A stretch of 64,000 nucleotides of DNA, taken from IMG/VR virus record IMGVR_UViG_3300028800_002449; one strand, written 5' to 3'. The notes below the pieces were generated by a model that saw only the letters and a program-made list of their open reading frames with translations, was not told where the DNA came from and did no database searches. Numbering within the stretch: the stretch's first letter is position 1; the number at the start of each line of letters is the position of its first letter. Source of the stretch: a virus. Positions 49,999-60,195 of this stretch are shown here, in pieces. Both the position numbers and the translations under genes were made by a program.

Positions 49999-52269
49999 AT
50001 GAGGATCACCTACAGAGACGGCATCTACATCGCCATCTCGAAATACGAGGAGCGCGCCGCCCTCTTGCAGGCCGGCTTCTCGTTCCACCCCGGCTCGCTC
50101 GAATGCAAGGCCGGGCCCAGCGCGTGCCCTGCCTGCAAGACCGGCCTGGGCAAGGGCTGGTGGACGCGCAGAGCCGAGGCCGCCGTCCGCCTGTCGAGGT
50201 TCGTCGACGAGAAGGCCAAGAACAAGCTCTCGCAACACGTCGAGGCCGTCCAGCTGTCGTGGGCCACCGACGCCAGCATCGAGATCCCCCATCCCGAGGG
50301 TCGCGAATTTCGCCCCTATCAGAAGGCCGGCATCGCCTTCATGATCCGCAGGGAAGCCTCCATCCTTGGTGATGAACCAGGGCTCGGCAAGACGGCTCAG
50401 GTCATCGGAGTCATCAACCTAGACCTCTCCATCAAGAACGTCTTCGTCGTCTGTCCTGCCAACCTCCGCATCAACTGGCAGCGCGAAGCCAACATGTGGC
50501 TCGCCAAGGACGAACGGAGCTGGCGCTTCCACATCGTCGATGAAGATCTCCCGATCCCCGACCACGCCAACTTCGTGATCTCGAACTACAACCGGATCAC
50601 GATCATCCGCAAGCCCTGCCACGTCTGCGGCGGCGAAGCACGGAAAGAGTTCGTCTGCCCGACCTGCAACGGAACAGGAAACGGCGAACGACACCCGATC
50701 CTGTGCGCGACTTGCAGCGGCAAGAAGCACGTCTACTGCGCAGAATGCAAAGGTCGCGGAAAGCTCCCCGGCAGCAACATCAAGATCGTCGACTCCGTCA
50801 TGGCTCGCCAGTGGGACCTCCTCGCCGTCGATGAAGCCCACGCCATCAAGAACGAAGACGCTGCACGCACTCAGGCCATCCTCGGGAACGCATTCAGAAA
50901 GAAGCCCGGGATCGCCCACAGATCATCTCGACGCATCTTCATGACGGGCACGCCCATGCCCAACCGTCCCGTCGAGATGTGGCCCATCCTCGCCAACTGC
51001 AACCCGAAGGAGTTCGGAAACAGGCGCTTCTTCGTCAAGAGGTACTGCGCCGCCCACGAGGAGTTCGTCAGCGCCAAGAAGAAGGTCCTCAAGGTCGACG
51101 GAGCCTCCAACCTCGAAGAGCTTCAGGAACGACTTCGAAGCACGGTCATGGTCAGACGCCTCAAGAGGGACGTGCTCAAGGAGCTGCCCCCGAAAGTACG
51201 TCAGGTCGTCCCGCTCGTGCCCACGGCCGCCGCCAAGAAGCTCATCGCCGAGGAGATCGAGATCTGGGAGACCAAGTTCGGCGGCGACTTGAACGTCGCT
51301 CAAGAGCAGCTCGCCATCGCCGAAGAGACGCAGGACAAGACCGAGTATCAGAACGTCGTCGAGAAGCTCAAGTACATCCAGAAGGTCGCCTTCATGGAAA
51401 TGGCGCAGGTCAGGCACAACGTCGCCGTCGCCAAGATCCCGTCCGTCATCGAACACCTCAAGGAGAAGTTCGACGGCGGCGTCGACAAGATCATCTGCTT
51501 CGCCCACCACAAGGACGTCATCAACGCCATCGCCGACAAGTTCGGCGACAAGGCCGTCAGCCTCTTCGGTGACACCAAGAAGGAAGATCGACAGAGCGCG
51601 ATCGATCGCTTCCAGACAGACAAGAAGGTGAAACTATTCATCGGCGGCATCATGGCCGCCGGCACAGGCCTCACGCTCACGGCAGCCTCACACGTCGTCT
51701 TCGCCGAGCTTGACTGGACGCCTTCCAACGTCACCCAGGCCGAGGATCGCGCCCACCGACTCGGACAAGCCAACAGCGTCCTCGTCGAACACCTCGTCCT
51801 CGACGGGTCGCTAGACGCACGCATGGCGCAGATGCTCGTCGAGAAACAGGAGATCGCCGACAAGGCGCTCGACAACCCCACCGAGATCGGCACCGTCAAG
51901 CTCCTGTTCGAGTCGCGTCCAGACGTGCCAGTCGAGCCCGTACCGCTCTGGAAGAAGATGCTCCTCAAGACGGCGATGGTCACCCTCGCGCAACGCAGAG
52001 ACCCTGCCGTCGAGGGCAGCCATGGATTTTCTTCCTTCGACGCCACCATCGGTCAGAAGCTCGCCACCTGGCGCGGCGACTTCTCGGACAAGCAAGCAGC
52101 CCTCGCGCTCACCTTCAGCAAGAAGTACCGCAAGCAGCTCTCAGAAGAACTCCAGAAACAGATCGGAGTCTACGAGCCGCCGAAAGCAGCCGATCTCAGG
52201 AAAGCCAACTTCGGCAAGAAGCCCGAAGAGTCCGTGCTCGACATGATGACGCGGAGAAAAGCATCGTGA
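49999..52269 (+). CDS. Snf2-family DNA-dependent ATPase/helicase with an N-terminal zinc-finger region
   Basis: GDEPGLGKTAQ (Walker A), LAVDEAHAIKN (DEAH box), helicase C-terminal motifs AGTGLTLTAASHVVFAELDW...QAEDRAHRLGQ. Confidence 0.8.
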   Translation: MRITYRDGIYIAISKYEERAALLQAGFSFHPGSLECKAGPSACPACKTGLGKGWWTRRAEAAVRLSRFVDEKAKNKLSQHVEAVQLSWATDASIEIPHPEGREFRPYQKAGIAFMIRREASILGDEPGLGKTAQVIGVINLDLSIKNVFVVCPANLRINWQREANMWLAKDERSWRFHIVDEDLPIPDHANFVISNYNRITIIRKPCHVCGGEARKEFVCPTCNGTGNGERHPILCATCSGKKHVYCAECKGRGKLPGSNIKIVDSVMARQWDLLAVDEAHAIKNEDAARTQAILGNAFRKKPGIAHRSSRRIFMTGTPMPNRPVEMWPILANCNPKEFGNRRFFVKRYCAAHEEFVSAKKKVLKVDGASNLEELQERLRSTVMVRRLKRDVLKELPPKVRQVVPLVPTAAAKKLIAEEIEIWETKFGGDLNVAQEQLAIAEETQDKTEYQNVVEKLKYIQKVAFMEMAQVRHNVAVAKIPSVIEHLKEKFDGGVDKIICFAHHKDVINAIADKFGDKAVSLFGDTKKEDRQSAIDRFQTDKKVKLFIGGIMAAGTGLTLTAASHVVFAELDWTPSNVTQAEDRAHRLGQANSVLVEHLVLDGSLDARMAQMLVEKQEIADKALDNPTEIGTVKLLFESRPDVPVEPVPLWKKMLLKTAMVTLAQRRDPAVEGSHGFSSFDATIGQKLATWRGDFSDKQAALALTFSKKYRKQLSEELQKQIGVYEPPKAADLRKANFGKKPEESVLDMMTRRKAS

Positions 52270-52291
52270 CCCCCAACGCGAAAGAGATCGA

Positions 52292-53266
52292 ATGAGCTAC
52301 CTCGTCATGGACATCGAGACCGTGCCCGACAGGACCATGTGGGCGCCAGCCGCGGAGCCGGTTGAGGTCCCCAAGATCCGCCTCAAGGACGGAAAGCCGC
52401 CCACGAAAGGTGAGGTCGAATTCCTCAAGATCGTCATGGATCGCGCCAAGACGCAGGCAACCGTCCATCCCGCAGACATCGACAAGGCCATCGACATCGC
52501 ATCCCGCGGCGACGTCGAGAAGGACGGCGAGGACGGACCCTCCATCAAGCTCCTCAAGCAAATCGCAGAGGACAACCTTCCCGAGAAGAAGGACCAGATC
52601 GCGCCACCCCAGGCGCAGCGTCCCATCGTCATCGGGTGCCTCTGGCTCGGCGACGACCTGGCCGTCAAGCACCTGGGCGCCATCACAGCGCTCAAGCACG
52701 GCTACGACAAGGAGACGAAGACCTTCGACGAGCGAAGCCTGCTCGTGGCGTGGTCAGAGTTCATCGCCAAGGAACGCCTCACCATCGTCGACTGGAACGG
52801 TCGCACCTTCGACATGCCGGTCCTGGCGCTTCGATCCTTCAGGCATGCAGTACCCCTGCGCTGGTACTACGCCGACAAGGACTACAGGTACCGCTACTCA
52901 GACGACAAGCACCTCGACCTCATGGATGCCCTCACCGACTACGGCGCCGTCAGGAACCTCGGATTCAAGCTCGACGTCTTCGCCAAGGCGGTCGGTCTCC
53001 CCGGCAAGTACGGAGTCGACGGCTCCATGGTCGAAGGCATGTTTCTCGAAGGCAAGATACAAGATATCGAGACCTACTGCCTGACCGACGTCATCCAGAC
53101 GGGCTTCCTCTTCCTCCGTCACCTGCTGCTCAAAGGCAGGATCCCCATCGCCGAGTACAAGAAAGCGGCCGAGAACCTGCTCGTACACATACAGAGCGAC
53201 CGCAGGTTCAACGAATTCTGCAAGCTCATCGAAACCGACGCCCTCCTCCTCTCCAACATCGGATAA
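52292..53266 (+). CDS. DnaQ-like 3'-5' exonuclease (PolB-exonuclease-related family)
   Basis: Exo I LVMDIETVP, Exo III YCLTDVIQT. Confidence 0.6.
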   Translation: MSYLVMDIETVPDRTMWAPAAEPVEVPKIRLKDGKPPTKGEVEFLKIVMDRAKTQATVHPADIDKAIDIASRGDVEKDGEDGPSIKLLKQIAEDNLPEKKDQIAPPQAQRPIVIGCLWLGDDLAVKHLGAITALKHGYDKETKTFDERSLLVAWSEFIAKERLTIVDWNGRTFDMPVLALRSFRHAVPLRWYYADKDYRYRYSDDKHLDLMDALTDYGAVRNLGFKLDVFAKAVGLPGKYGVDGSMVEGMFLEGKIQDIETYCLTDVIQTGFLFLRHLLLKGRIPIAEYKKAAENLLVHIQSDRRFNEFCKLIETDALLLSNIG

Positions 53267-53272
53267 AACAAC

Positions 53273-53584
53273 ATGGGAAACCCACACGTCATCATCCGCC
53301 GCGACGACGAGATCCACTTCCACGAGCCGCAGAAGGTCCGCCGCGACCAGTTCAACGGGCTCGGGCCGGCGCCCGAGACGAAGACGGGCGTCATCGCCTG
53401 CTACAAGTGCAGCGTCACCGACGGCAAGTCCTACGACGAGAAGATCGCCTTCACCATGCACGAGTACGCCGGACGCAAGACCGTCTCGTCGAACAAGGAC
53501 GTGCCGCTCTACCACGAGATGCACTACAAGTGCTGCAAGTGCGGCGCCGACAGGGTCTGGGGCACGGAGATCATCGGGAACTAG
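53273..53584 (+). CDS. small zinc-finger protein (103 aa)
   Basis: CYKC ... CCKC. Confidence 0.45.
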   Translation: MGNPHVIIRRDDEIHFHEPQKVRRDQFNGLGPAPETKTGVIACYKCSVTDGKSYDEKIAFTMHEYAGRKTVSSNKDVPLYHEMHYKCCKCGADRVWGTEIIGN

Positions 53585-53639
53585 AAGATCTTCTCCACAC
53601 CAGACCTCGGCGACAAAGGCTTAGAAGAGAGAAAGAAAA

Positions 53640-54545
53640 ATGAAGAGACCACGAAGCGAAGTCCCCGCGCAAATCATCGAGATCGACGACATCGGCGTCG
53701 AGGAGTCAGGCGGCGTCAAGAAGGAGATCTCCAAGGAGGAGATCTCCGAGCTTGCCAAGGACATGACGGAAAAGAAGGGGCTCCTCTACCCCATCATCGT
53801 CTGCGTCGACCCCGACGCGAACTCTCGCGAGCCCACGTACAAGATCAAGAACGGATGGGGTCGCAAGCGCCTCGAAGCTGCTCACCAGCTCGGCTGGAAG
53901 TCCATCGCAGCCGTCGTCATCCCACCCGTGGCTGGCGTGCTCGAACCCGACATCCTCGTGCAGAAGCTCGCCACGCTCATCGAGCAGATACAGACGGACG
54001 CCGTCTCCGACTACGACATCGGCAAGATCGTCAGCGACATCGAGAAGAAGCACGGTTTCAAACGCTCTGAGGTCGCGCGCGTCGTCGGGCTCTCTCTCGG
54101 CTACATGTACAACCTCGTCAGGTGGTACAGAAACGTCCCGCCGGAGATCAAGGACGCGTGGAAGGAGGATCACGCGTACATGAACCAGTCGGTCCTCGAT
54201 GCCATGAGCCACATGAAGCCGAACGAGGCCATCCTCCACTGGAAGAAGGTCGTCGCCATGCGCTCCTCTCCCACGCCATACTCGCCCACCGGCAAGAAGG
54301 CCAACGGCGATGCCAACGGCGTCAACCGCAAGCCGCACAAGGCCACCGAGACGCAGATGATCAACGTCTTGAAGGCCTTCGCAGAGTCTCCCCTTCGCGA
54401 CCCCGTCCGCAAGCTGTGCTCCGACGCGGTCAAGTTCTGCCTCGGAACCCTCAAGGACATCCCCGGGATCACGGACTACCGCAAGCTCGACCCGTACCTC
54501 CTCGACAAGGGCCGCGTCGACAAGCAGCAGCAGAAGACAGTCTGA
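53640..54545 (+). CDS. ParB-like nuclease-domain protein with an HTH
   Basis: YKIKNGWGRKRLEAAHQLG (ParB GxxRxxA box); HTH SEVARVVGLSLGYMYNLVRW. Confidence 0.6.
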   Translation: MKRPRSEVPAQIIEIDDIGVEESGGVKKEISKEEISELAKDMTEKKGLLYPIIVCVDPDANSREPTYKIKNGWGRKRLEAAHQLGWKSIAAVVIPPVAGVLEPDILVQKLATLIEQIQTDAVSDYDIGKIVSDIEKKHGFKRSEVARVVGLSLGYMYNLVRWYRNVPPEIKDAWKEDHAYMNQSVLDAMSHMKPNEAILHWKKVVAMRSSPTPYSPTGKKANGDANGVNRKPHKATETQMINVLKAFAESPLRDPVRKLCSDAVKFCLGTLKDIPGITDYRKLDPYLLDKGRVDKQQQKTV

Positions 54546-54559
54546 AAGGAAAAACCCCA

Positions 54560-55216
54560 ATGACGCTCGACCTCAAAGACATCAGCAGGCTGGAGAAGAT
54601 CGCGCACGACGTCCATCAGAACGCCGTCGACAAAGGATGGTGGCCCCTCACCTCCGACGGCAAGGCCGACTGGGGCGCGAGGAACGTCGGCGAGATCCTC
54701 ATCCTCGCCACGTCGGAGCTTGCCGAAGCACTCGAAGTCTGGCGCGACGGCAAGAACGTCATGGAGTCGTGGTCGGGAGAGAAGGGAAAGCCCGAAGGCT
54801 TCCCCATCGAGATGGCCGACTTCGTCATCCGCGTCATCGAGACGATGGTGGCCTGCAAGTCGCCTTTCGCGGCTGCCTTCAAGCTCACGATCGCGCACGG
54901 CGCCGCACAGGAAGGACTCAACGAGGTCCTCAAGATCATCGAAAAGAAAAAACCAAACATCGGAAACGAGCTGATGAAAATCAGCAGCAGCGTCGCGGCG
55001 GCATACGACTACAGCACGCTCGACGGGGTCGCCGCCGACTACATTGCCGTCGGCAACGACAACAGGGTCGAAGGCTTCCCCATCTGTCTCGCACAGGCCG
55101 TGCTCAATGCCTTCAAGCAGGCCGATCGCCTCGGCTTCGACATGTGGAAGGCCATCGAAGAGAAGCACGCCTACAACAAGACCCGCCCGATTCGACACGG
55201 CGGGAAGCTCGCCTAG
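54560..55216 (+). CDS. mazG: MazG-like nucleoside triphosphate pyrophosphohydrolase
   Basis: ILILATSELAEALEVWRDG ... EMADFVIRVIE ... FDMWKAIEEKHAYNKTRP. Confidence 0.65.
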   Translation: MTLDLKDISRLEKIAHDVHQNAVDKGWWPLTSDGKADWGARNVGEILILATSELAEALEVWRDGKNVMESWSGEKGKPEGFPIEMADFVIRVIETMVACKSPFAAAFKLTIAHGAAQEGLNEVLKIIEKKKPNIGNELMKISSSVAAAYDYSTLDGVAADYIAVGNDNRVEGFPICLAQAVLNAFKQADRLGFDMWKAIEEKHAYNKTRPIRHGGKLA

Positions 55217-55263
55217 GCTCGACCCAAAAAGACTGAACGAAGAAAGACGGAAGGATAGAGAAG

Positions 55264-55947
55264 ATGCCCATCACCGTGGAAAGAAAGCAGCTGCTCATCG
55301 AGATCCTCAAGGACCTCAGCAGCGTCGAACTCGTCAGGATCGCCGGGGCCGTCTACGACAGCTTCGTCGCCGCCGACCTGCCCTGGGAGAAGATGTTCAC
55401 CATCTCCAACCACATGTTCGCCAAGGTCCCCTGGAGCCGCCTGCCTCCGACGCTCGGCAACACACAGGTCCTTCTCATCAGGGCCGTCGACGAGAAGCTG
55501 CTCAAGGTCATGCCGGAGCTGCTCGACGTCTACATCGACGAGCCCGCCGCCGAGGTCGCCCAGCCCGCATCTTCCCCCACTCCGATGGAGACCATCGCCG
55601 TCAACGACGTCGCCGTCGGCACGCAGTCGACAATCTCGTTCTCAACCACGCCGCCGATCACGCCCACGACGAGGAGCCAGATCGACGAGCTGGACGAGGA
55701 GGCCTCCATGCACGGCATGGACACCGAGTCAGCCCCCGAAGGTGGTCAAGCTGCCGAAGCCGAGGTCAGGACGGACTCTGCTGACGAGGAGTCTTCCGGC
55801 GTCGAAGAGGACGAGCCCGTCGTCACGGACGAAGAGGAAGAGGACGAGGTTTCAGTCTCGGCGTCTGAAGCCAACGGCCACAACGGCGACGCCGTCGTCC
55901 ATCACGACGACAAGCCATCTGTCGACTCCACCACCACCACGCCATGA
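55264..55947 (+). CDS. hypothetical protein with a highly acidic Thr/Pro-rich C-terminus
   Basis: ORF track. Confidence 0.5.
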   Translation: MPITVERKQLLIEILKDLSSVELVRIAGAVYDSFVAADLPWEKMFTISNHMFAKVPWSRLPPTLGNTQVLLIRAVDEKLLKVMPELLDVYIDEPAAEVAQPASSPTPMETIAVNDVAVGTQSTISFSTTPPITPTTRSQIDELDEEASMHGMDTESAPEGGQAAEAEVRTDSADEESSGVEEDEPVVTDEEEEDEVSVSASEANGHNGDAVVHHDDKPSVDSTTTTP

Positions 55948-56240
55948 GCGAAAACATCGTGCTCGAAGTGGGCGGCGCAGACGCGGTCCGCCAGCCGACC
56001 GCCAACGACATCGCTCGACGCGGGCCGCGTCGGATGGTCAAGTTGGTGCCTCTCCCCGGCAACTACGCCGCGCCGGCCATCTGGAGCGGGCCAGTCGTCG
56101 AGGACGAAATCGACGGCAAGATCGTGCCCGTCAGGCACTGCATCGTCCTCATGAGCAAGGAACCGAAGCCAGAGACGATGCGCATCACTGTCCCGCTCGA
56201 CTACTACGACAAGATGGTCGACGTGCCCGTGGAGTGGTAG
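55944..56240 (+). CDS. hypothetical protein (98 aa)
   Basis: ATGA overlap with the upstream gene. Confidence 0.45.
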   Translation: MSENIVLEVGGADAVRQPTANDIARRGPRRMVKLVPLPGNYAAPAIWSGPVVEDEIDGKIVPVRHCIVLMSKEPKPETMRITVPLDYYDKMVDVPVEW

Positions 56241-56834
56241 ATGCCCATCTCGCCTCCCAGGGCCGCCTCGCTCTTCTCCATCCTCGCCAAGCACGGCGCA
56301 TCCCTCGTCGCGAAGAGAATATGCGAGGAGGTAGCGCCCAAGCTCTCGTACAGAATCATTCGGAAGAGCGACGGCAGCCCATACCTCCAACGGTCTTACT
56401 TCGATTCTCACTTCAGGTCGCAGCCTGACGTCGGGGTGTTCCTTCACAAGTTCCTCGGCGACGACGATGTTGGCGTCGTACACAACCATCCCTGGATCTG
56501 GTGTGTCTCCATCATCCTCGCAGGATCCTACTCGGAGACTCGTTACAGGTGGAGCACGCAGACTCTACGCCTGTCTTCGCCGCCGATGTCGTCTCCTCCT
56601 GAAATCGACAGCGTGAGGCTCTACGCAAAAGAGACGAGAGTGCTCTCACCCTTCGACATCAACGTCATCAACCACGACGACATGCATCGCGTCTCGCTCA
56701 TTGACAAAGAGTGTTGGACGCTCTTCATCCATGGGCCACGCGTCTCTACCTGGGGATTCGCCGACATGGAAACCGGAAAGTTCACAAGCATCGCAGAGAA
56801 AATACAAGCAGAAGAAAGGCCCACCCAGAAATGA
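56241..56834 (+). CDS. hypothetical protein (197 aa)
   Basis: ORF track. Confidence 0.5.
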   Translation: MPISPPRAASLFSILAKHGASLVAKRICEEVAPKLSYRIIRKSDGSPYLQRSYFDSHFRSQPDVGVFLHKFLGDDDVGVVHNHPWIWCVSIILAGSYSETRYRWSTQTLRLSSPPMSSPPEIDSVRLYAKETRVLSPFDINVINHDDMHRVSLIDKECWTLFIHGPRVSTWGFADMETGKFTSIAEKIQAEERPTQK

Positions 56835-57115
56835 CCGACCTCGACCGACTCGAAGAAGAAGCAACTGACGCCATCGATCCCGTCCACATGCAGCGATGCA
56901 TCGCCAAGATCTGGATCGCCATCGGCAGACGCCTCGACTACATCATCGTCAACGGCGTCACCACCCGACAGTTCCGACCGGAACCGACCGACGTCAAGAC
57001 TGACGGAGCAGACCCATTCGCTCCGCCCGCGGCCGAGGGCCCGAGCTTCACCCACGTCGATGCAGCCCCGACGAGTGAGGGCGAGCCCGAGCACCTGGAG
57101 TTCACGAAGTCGTGA
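56831..57115 (+). CDS. hypothetical protein (94 aa)
   Basis: ATGA overlap with the upstream gene; start re-called. Confidence 0.4.
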   Translation: MTDLDRLEEEATDAIDPVHMQRCIAKIWIAIGRRLDYIIVNGVTTRQFRPEPTDVKTDGADPFAPPAAEGPSFTHVDAAPTSEGEPEHLEFTKS

Positions 57116-57723
57116 ACGACGTGTACGTCGACGGCATCCTCGTCCCCAAGCAAGACGGGCAGTGCGCTCACCCGTCCTGCGAGGATGTCGTCGACTTCCA
57201 CAAGTGGGACAAGCCGCCCGCAGGCTGGGCGACGCTCACCCTCAACAGGTACGTGAAGACGGGAGGATACTCGGGGAAGACCTTCTTGCTCTGTCCCAAG
57301 CACACCATCAACTTCCTCGACCGACAGCCGACGCTAACGCAGAAGGCCAAGAAATGGGTCAAGACCATCGTCGAGTCACCCTTCGCTGGGAACGTCGAGA
57401 AGAACCTCGCCTTCCTCAGGGCCATCATGCGGAGCTGCCTCCTCAACGGAGAAGCGCCCTACGCCAGTCATGGTCTCTACACGCAGCCTGGGGTGCTCGA
57501 CGACACCAAGCCGGAGGAACGACGCCTCGGAATGGAGGCCGGCTTCGCTTGGTCTGAAGTCGCTCAGAAGATCAACGTGTACTCGAACTACGGCCTCTCC
57601 GACGGGATGCTCAAGGGCATCGAGCGCCACAAGAGCAACGGCAAGATCGTCGAGGTGAAGCTTCTCGAAGGGTGGGAAGTCACGGAGACGAGGGGGATCG
57701 AGCACGACGACGAAAGGAAGTAG
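57112..57723 (+). CDS. hypothetical protein (203 aa)
   Basis: ORF track. Confidence 0.5.
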   Translation: MNDVYVDGILVPKQDGQCAHPSCEDVVDFHKWDKPPAGWATLTLNRYVKTGGYSGKTFLLCPKHTINFLDRQPTLTQKAKKWVKTIVESPFAGNVEKNLAFLRAIMRSCLLNGEAPYASHGLYTQPGVLDDTKPEERRLGMEAGFAWSEVAQKINVYSNYGLSDGMLKGIERHKSNGKIVEVKLLEGWEVTETRGIEHDDERK

Positions 57724-57930
57724 ATGCTGCTCAAATGCACTGATTTGAAAGGTGACTATCTGGGCATTCAGAGCCATGACCAAATCATCAGCCTCACAAA
57801 GATCGACTTAAACTCAACGACAAGGATCTCCCTCAAGTTTTGGGCGCGCGATCACATGTCGACTTGGGAGTTCGATCAGAACGAAATCGATGCTCTGGCT
57901 ATCTTTTTTGAAAGACACAAGACAAAGTGA
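57724..57930 (+). CDS. small protein in an AT-rich islet (68 aa)
   Basis: Local GC drop; ORF track. Confidence 0.35.
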   Translation: MLLKCTDLKGDYLGIQSHDQIISLTKIDLNSTTRISLKFWARDHMSTWEFDQNEIDALAIFFERHKTK

Positions 57931-59648
57931 AAACCTTCAAGCTCTCGCCAGAGATCACGCTTCCCGCGAGCGCGCCGACGTCGACCTTCGCCTTCCTCGG
58001 GACCAGGCGCTACGGAAAGACCTACTCGGCCGGCGTCATGGTCGAGGAGTTCCTCGACGCAGGTGTCCAGTGCGTCATCATCGACCCTGTCGGCAGCTGG
58101 TGGGCCCTTCGCCTCGCAGCCGACGGGAAGAAGAAGGGGATCTCCATCCCCGTCTTCGGCGGTGAGCACGGCGACATCCCCCTAGAACACACGGCCGGCC
58201 GCCTCGTCGCCAAGCTCGTCGTCGAGAAGAGGATCTCCGTCGTCCTCGACCTCTCCGACCTCACCGACTCGCAGCAACGCCGCTTCGTCACCGACTTCGC
58301 CAAGGAGCTTTTCCAGCTCAAGAAGCGCAACAAGTCGCCCCTGCACCTCGTCTTCGAGGAGTGCCACGAGTTCTTCCCGCAGGTCTTCGACGCCTCCCAC
58401 ATGGAGATGGTCGGCGCCACGAAGCGCCTGTGGAAGATCGGCGGGAACCTCGGGCTCGGAGGGACCCTCATCTCTCAGAGGGCAGCCGAAGTGAACAAGG
58501 GCGCGCTCAACCTCTCCGACACGATCGTGACGACGAGGCTCAAGGCGCCCGAGGACGTCAAGAGGATCAGGGACTGGGCCAACTCCAACGGCGTCAGCGA
58601 CGAGGCAATCGCCAAGCTCCCGACGCTACCCAAGCAGCAGGTCATCGTCTGGAACGAGGAAGGCACGGCCGTCGAGACGAAGTTCCGCAAGAAGCGCACC
58701 TTCGACAGCAGCCGCACGCCCGAGGAGGGAGATCTCAAGCCGGTCTCGGTCCTCCCGAAGATCGACCTCGACGAGATCAAGAAGGATATGGCCGCAACCG
58801 TCGAGCTGGACGACGTCAAGAAGAAGTCGTCGAAGGCCGAGGTCGACCAGCTCCTCAGGATCAACGTCGCGCTGCAAGCCGAACTCAAAGACCTCAAGAA
58901 CAGGCGCGCGGCAACCGCCGAGCCCCAAGTCGTCTACAAGACCCCCGAGCACGTCGAAGCCGCACTTAGAAAAGTCGCCACGTCGCTCACGATGCTCAGA
59001 AATCTAGACCTTGAGCACTCGAAAACCATCGACAGCTTGTACAAGACGACTCTTGTCGATCTCTCAAAGATTCTCCTCGATCGAAAGAAATCCAAAGTCG
59101 TCGAGAACCGACAAGCCCCCGTCGCCCCCCAAAAACCCTTCAAAGACCACATCCAAAACCCAAAGGTAAACACAAACTCTCCCGATCAGAAGCTTCCTCC
59201 CGGCGCTCAACGCATGCTCGCCGCCCTCAAGAACTCCCTCTCGCCGAGCCTCCACCAGAGGAACGTCGCGATGCTCTCCGGCATGAAGCTCACGGGGACC
59301 TTCTCGACCTACAAGTCCATCCTCAAGAAGAGCGGCTACGTCGAGACCAACGGCGGCATGATGACGATCACCGACGAGGGTCGCGCCTATGAGATCGACG
59401 TCTCGGCACCCTCGACGCCGGAAGAGATCCTCGCCTACTGGAAGCCACAGCTTCCCGACAAGTGCTCCGCCATGCTCGACTTCATCATCCAGAACGGACG
59501 CGCAACTCAGTCCCAGCTGGCCGAAGCAGCCGGCATGTCGGACAGCGGGACCTTCTCCACCTACAAGTCGAAGATAGTCTCCGCCGGGCTCATCGTGAAG
59601 GTCGGTCAAGGAGAGTACGAGCCCGCGCCCATCTTGAAGCAGTCGTGA
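57927..59648 (+). CDS. P-loop NTPase with C-terminal duplicated winged-helix domains
   Basis: Walker A FLGTRRYGKTYSAG; hydrophobic strand VQCVIIDPVG; C-terminal repeats ...GTFSTYKSILKKSGYVE... and ...GTFSTYKSKIVSAGLIV... Confidence 0.55.
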   Translation: MKTFKLSPEITLPASAPTSTFAFLGTRRYGKTYSAGVMVEEFLDAGVQCVIIDPVGSWWALRLAADGKKKGISIPVFGGEHGDIPLEHTAGRLVAKLVVEKRISVVLDLSDLTDSQQRRFVTDFAKELFQLKKRNKSPLHLVFEECHEFFPQVFDASHMEMVGATKRLWKIGGNLGLGGTLISQRAAEVNKGALNLSDTIVTTRLKAPEDVKRIRDWANSNGVSDEAIAKLPTLPKQQVIVWNEEGTAVETKFRKKRTFDSSRTPEEGDLKPVSVLPKIDLDEIKKDMAATVELDDVKKKSSKAEVDQLLRINVALQAELKDLKNRRAATAEPQVVYKTPEHVEAALRKVATSLTMLRNLDLEHSKTIDSLYKTTLVDLSKILLDRKKSKVVENRQAPVAPQKPFKDHIQNPKVNTNSPDQKLPPGAQRMLAALKNSLSPSLHQRNVAMLSGMKLTGTFSTYKSILKKSGYVETNGGMMTITDEGRAYEIDVSAPSTPEEILAYWKPQLPDKCSAMLDFIIQNGRATQSQLAEAAGMSDSGTFSTYKSKIVSAGLIVKVGQGEYEPAPILKQS

Positions 59649-59950
59649 AGGACCTCGATCCGAAAGACGTCGAAGAAACTCGACCTCTATCCGAACCGCA
59701 ACATCCAGGGGTCATCAAAACCGTGATGACCTTCCAAGAGATGGTCGACGCCCACTCCATCTGGGACCAGACCATCGGCTGTGACAACTGCAACATGGCC
59801 TGGTGGGCAGAAAACGCCACGCCAGATCCCACCATGTTCCATCGTGACGGATGCCCTGCAAAAGGCCGACGTGATGTCGCCCTGGAAGTCATGAACGTAT
59901 TCGTCATCGAGGAAGAACTCGGACGTCGGATCGGCTACCCCGAATCTTAA
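59645..59950 (+). CDS. hypothetical Cys-containing protein (about 100 aa, GTG start)
   Basis: Start re-called at the stop overlap. Confidence 0.35.
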   Translation: MKDLDPKDVEETRPLSEPQHPGVIKTVMTFQEMVDAHSIWDQTIGCDNCNMAWWAENATPDPTMFHRDGCPAKGRRDVALEVMNVFVIEEELGRRIGYPES

Positions 59951-59962
59951 ATCTCTGACAAG

Positions 59963-60187
59963 ATGACCCCAGTGATGACGAAGAACAGCAAGCACATCGA
60001 AGGCACGAAGATCTACCTCTTCCGGCTCGTATCGGAGATCTCGGAAGGTCGTTCCATCTTCGACCTCGCAACCGAGCATGACGTCGACCCGAACGTCTTC
60101 AAGAAGGCCCTCGAAGGGCTCTCCGAGGAGCTTCGCGGTGCTGTTCCTGCTTCTGAAGTCACCCTCGACGAGTCCGCTTCGGCCTAG
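59963..60187 (+). CDS. hypothetical protein (74 aa)
   Basis: ORF track. Confidence 0.4.
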   Translation: MTPVMTKNSKHIEGTKIYLFRLVSEISEGRSIFDLATEHDVDPNVFKKALEGLSEELRGAVPASEVTLDESASA

Positions 60188-60195
60188 GACTCTCG

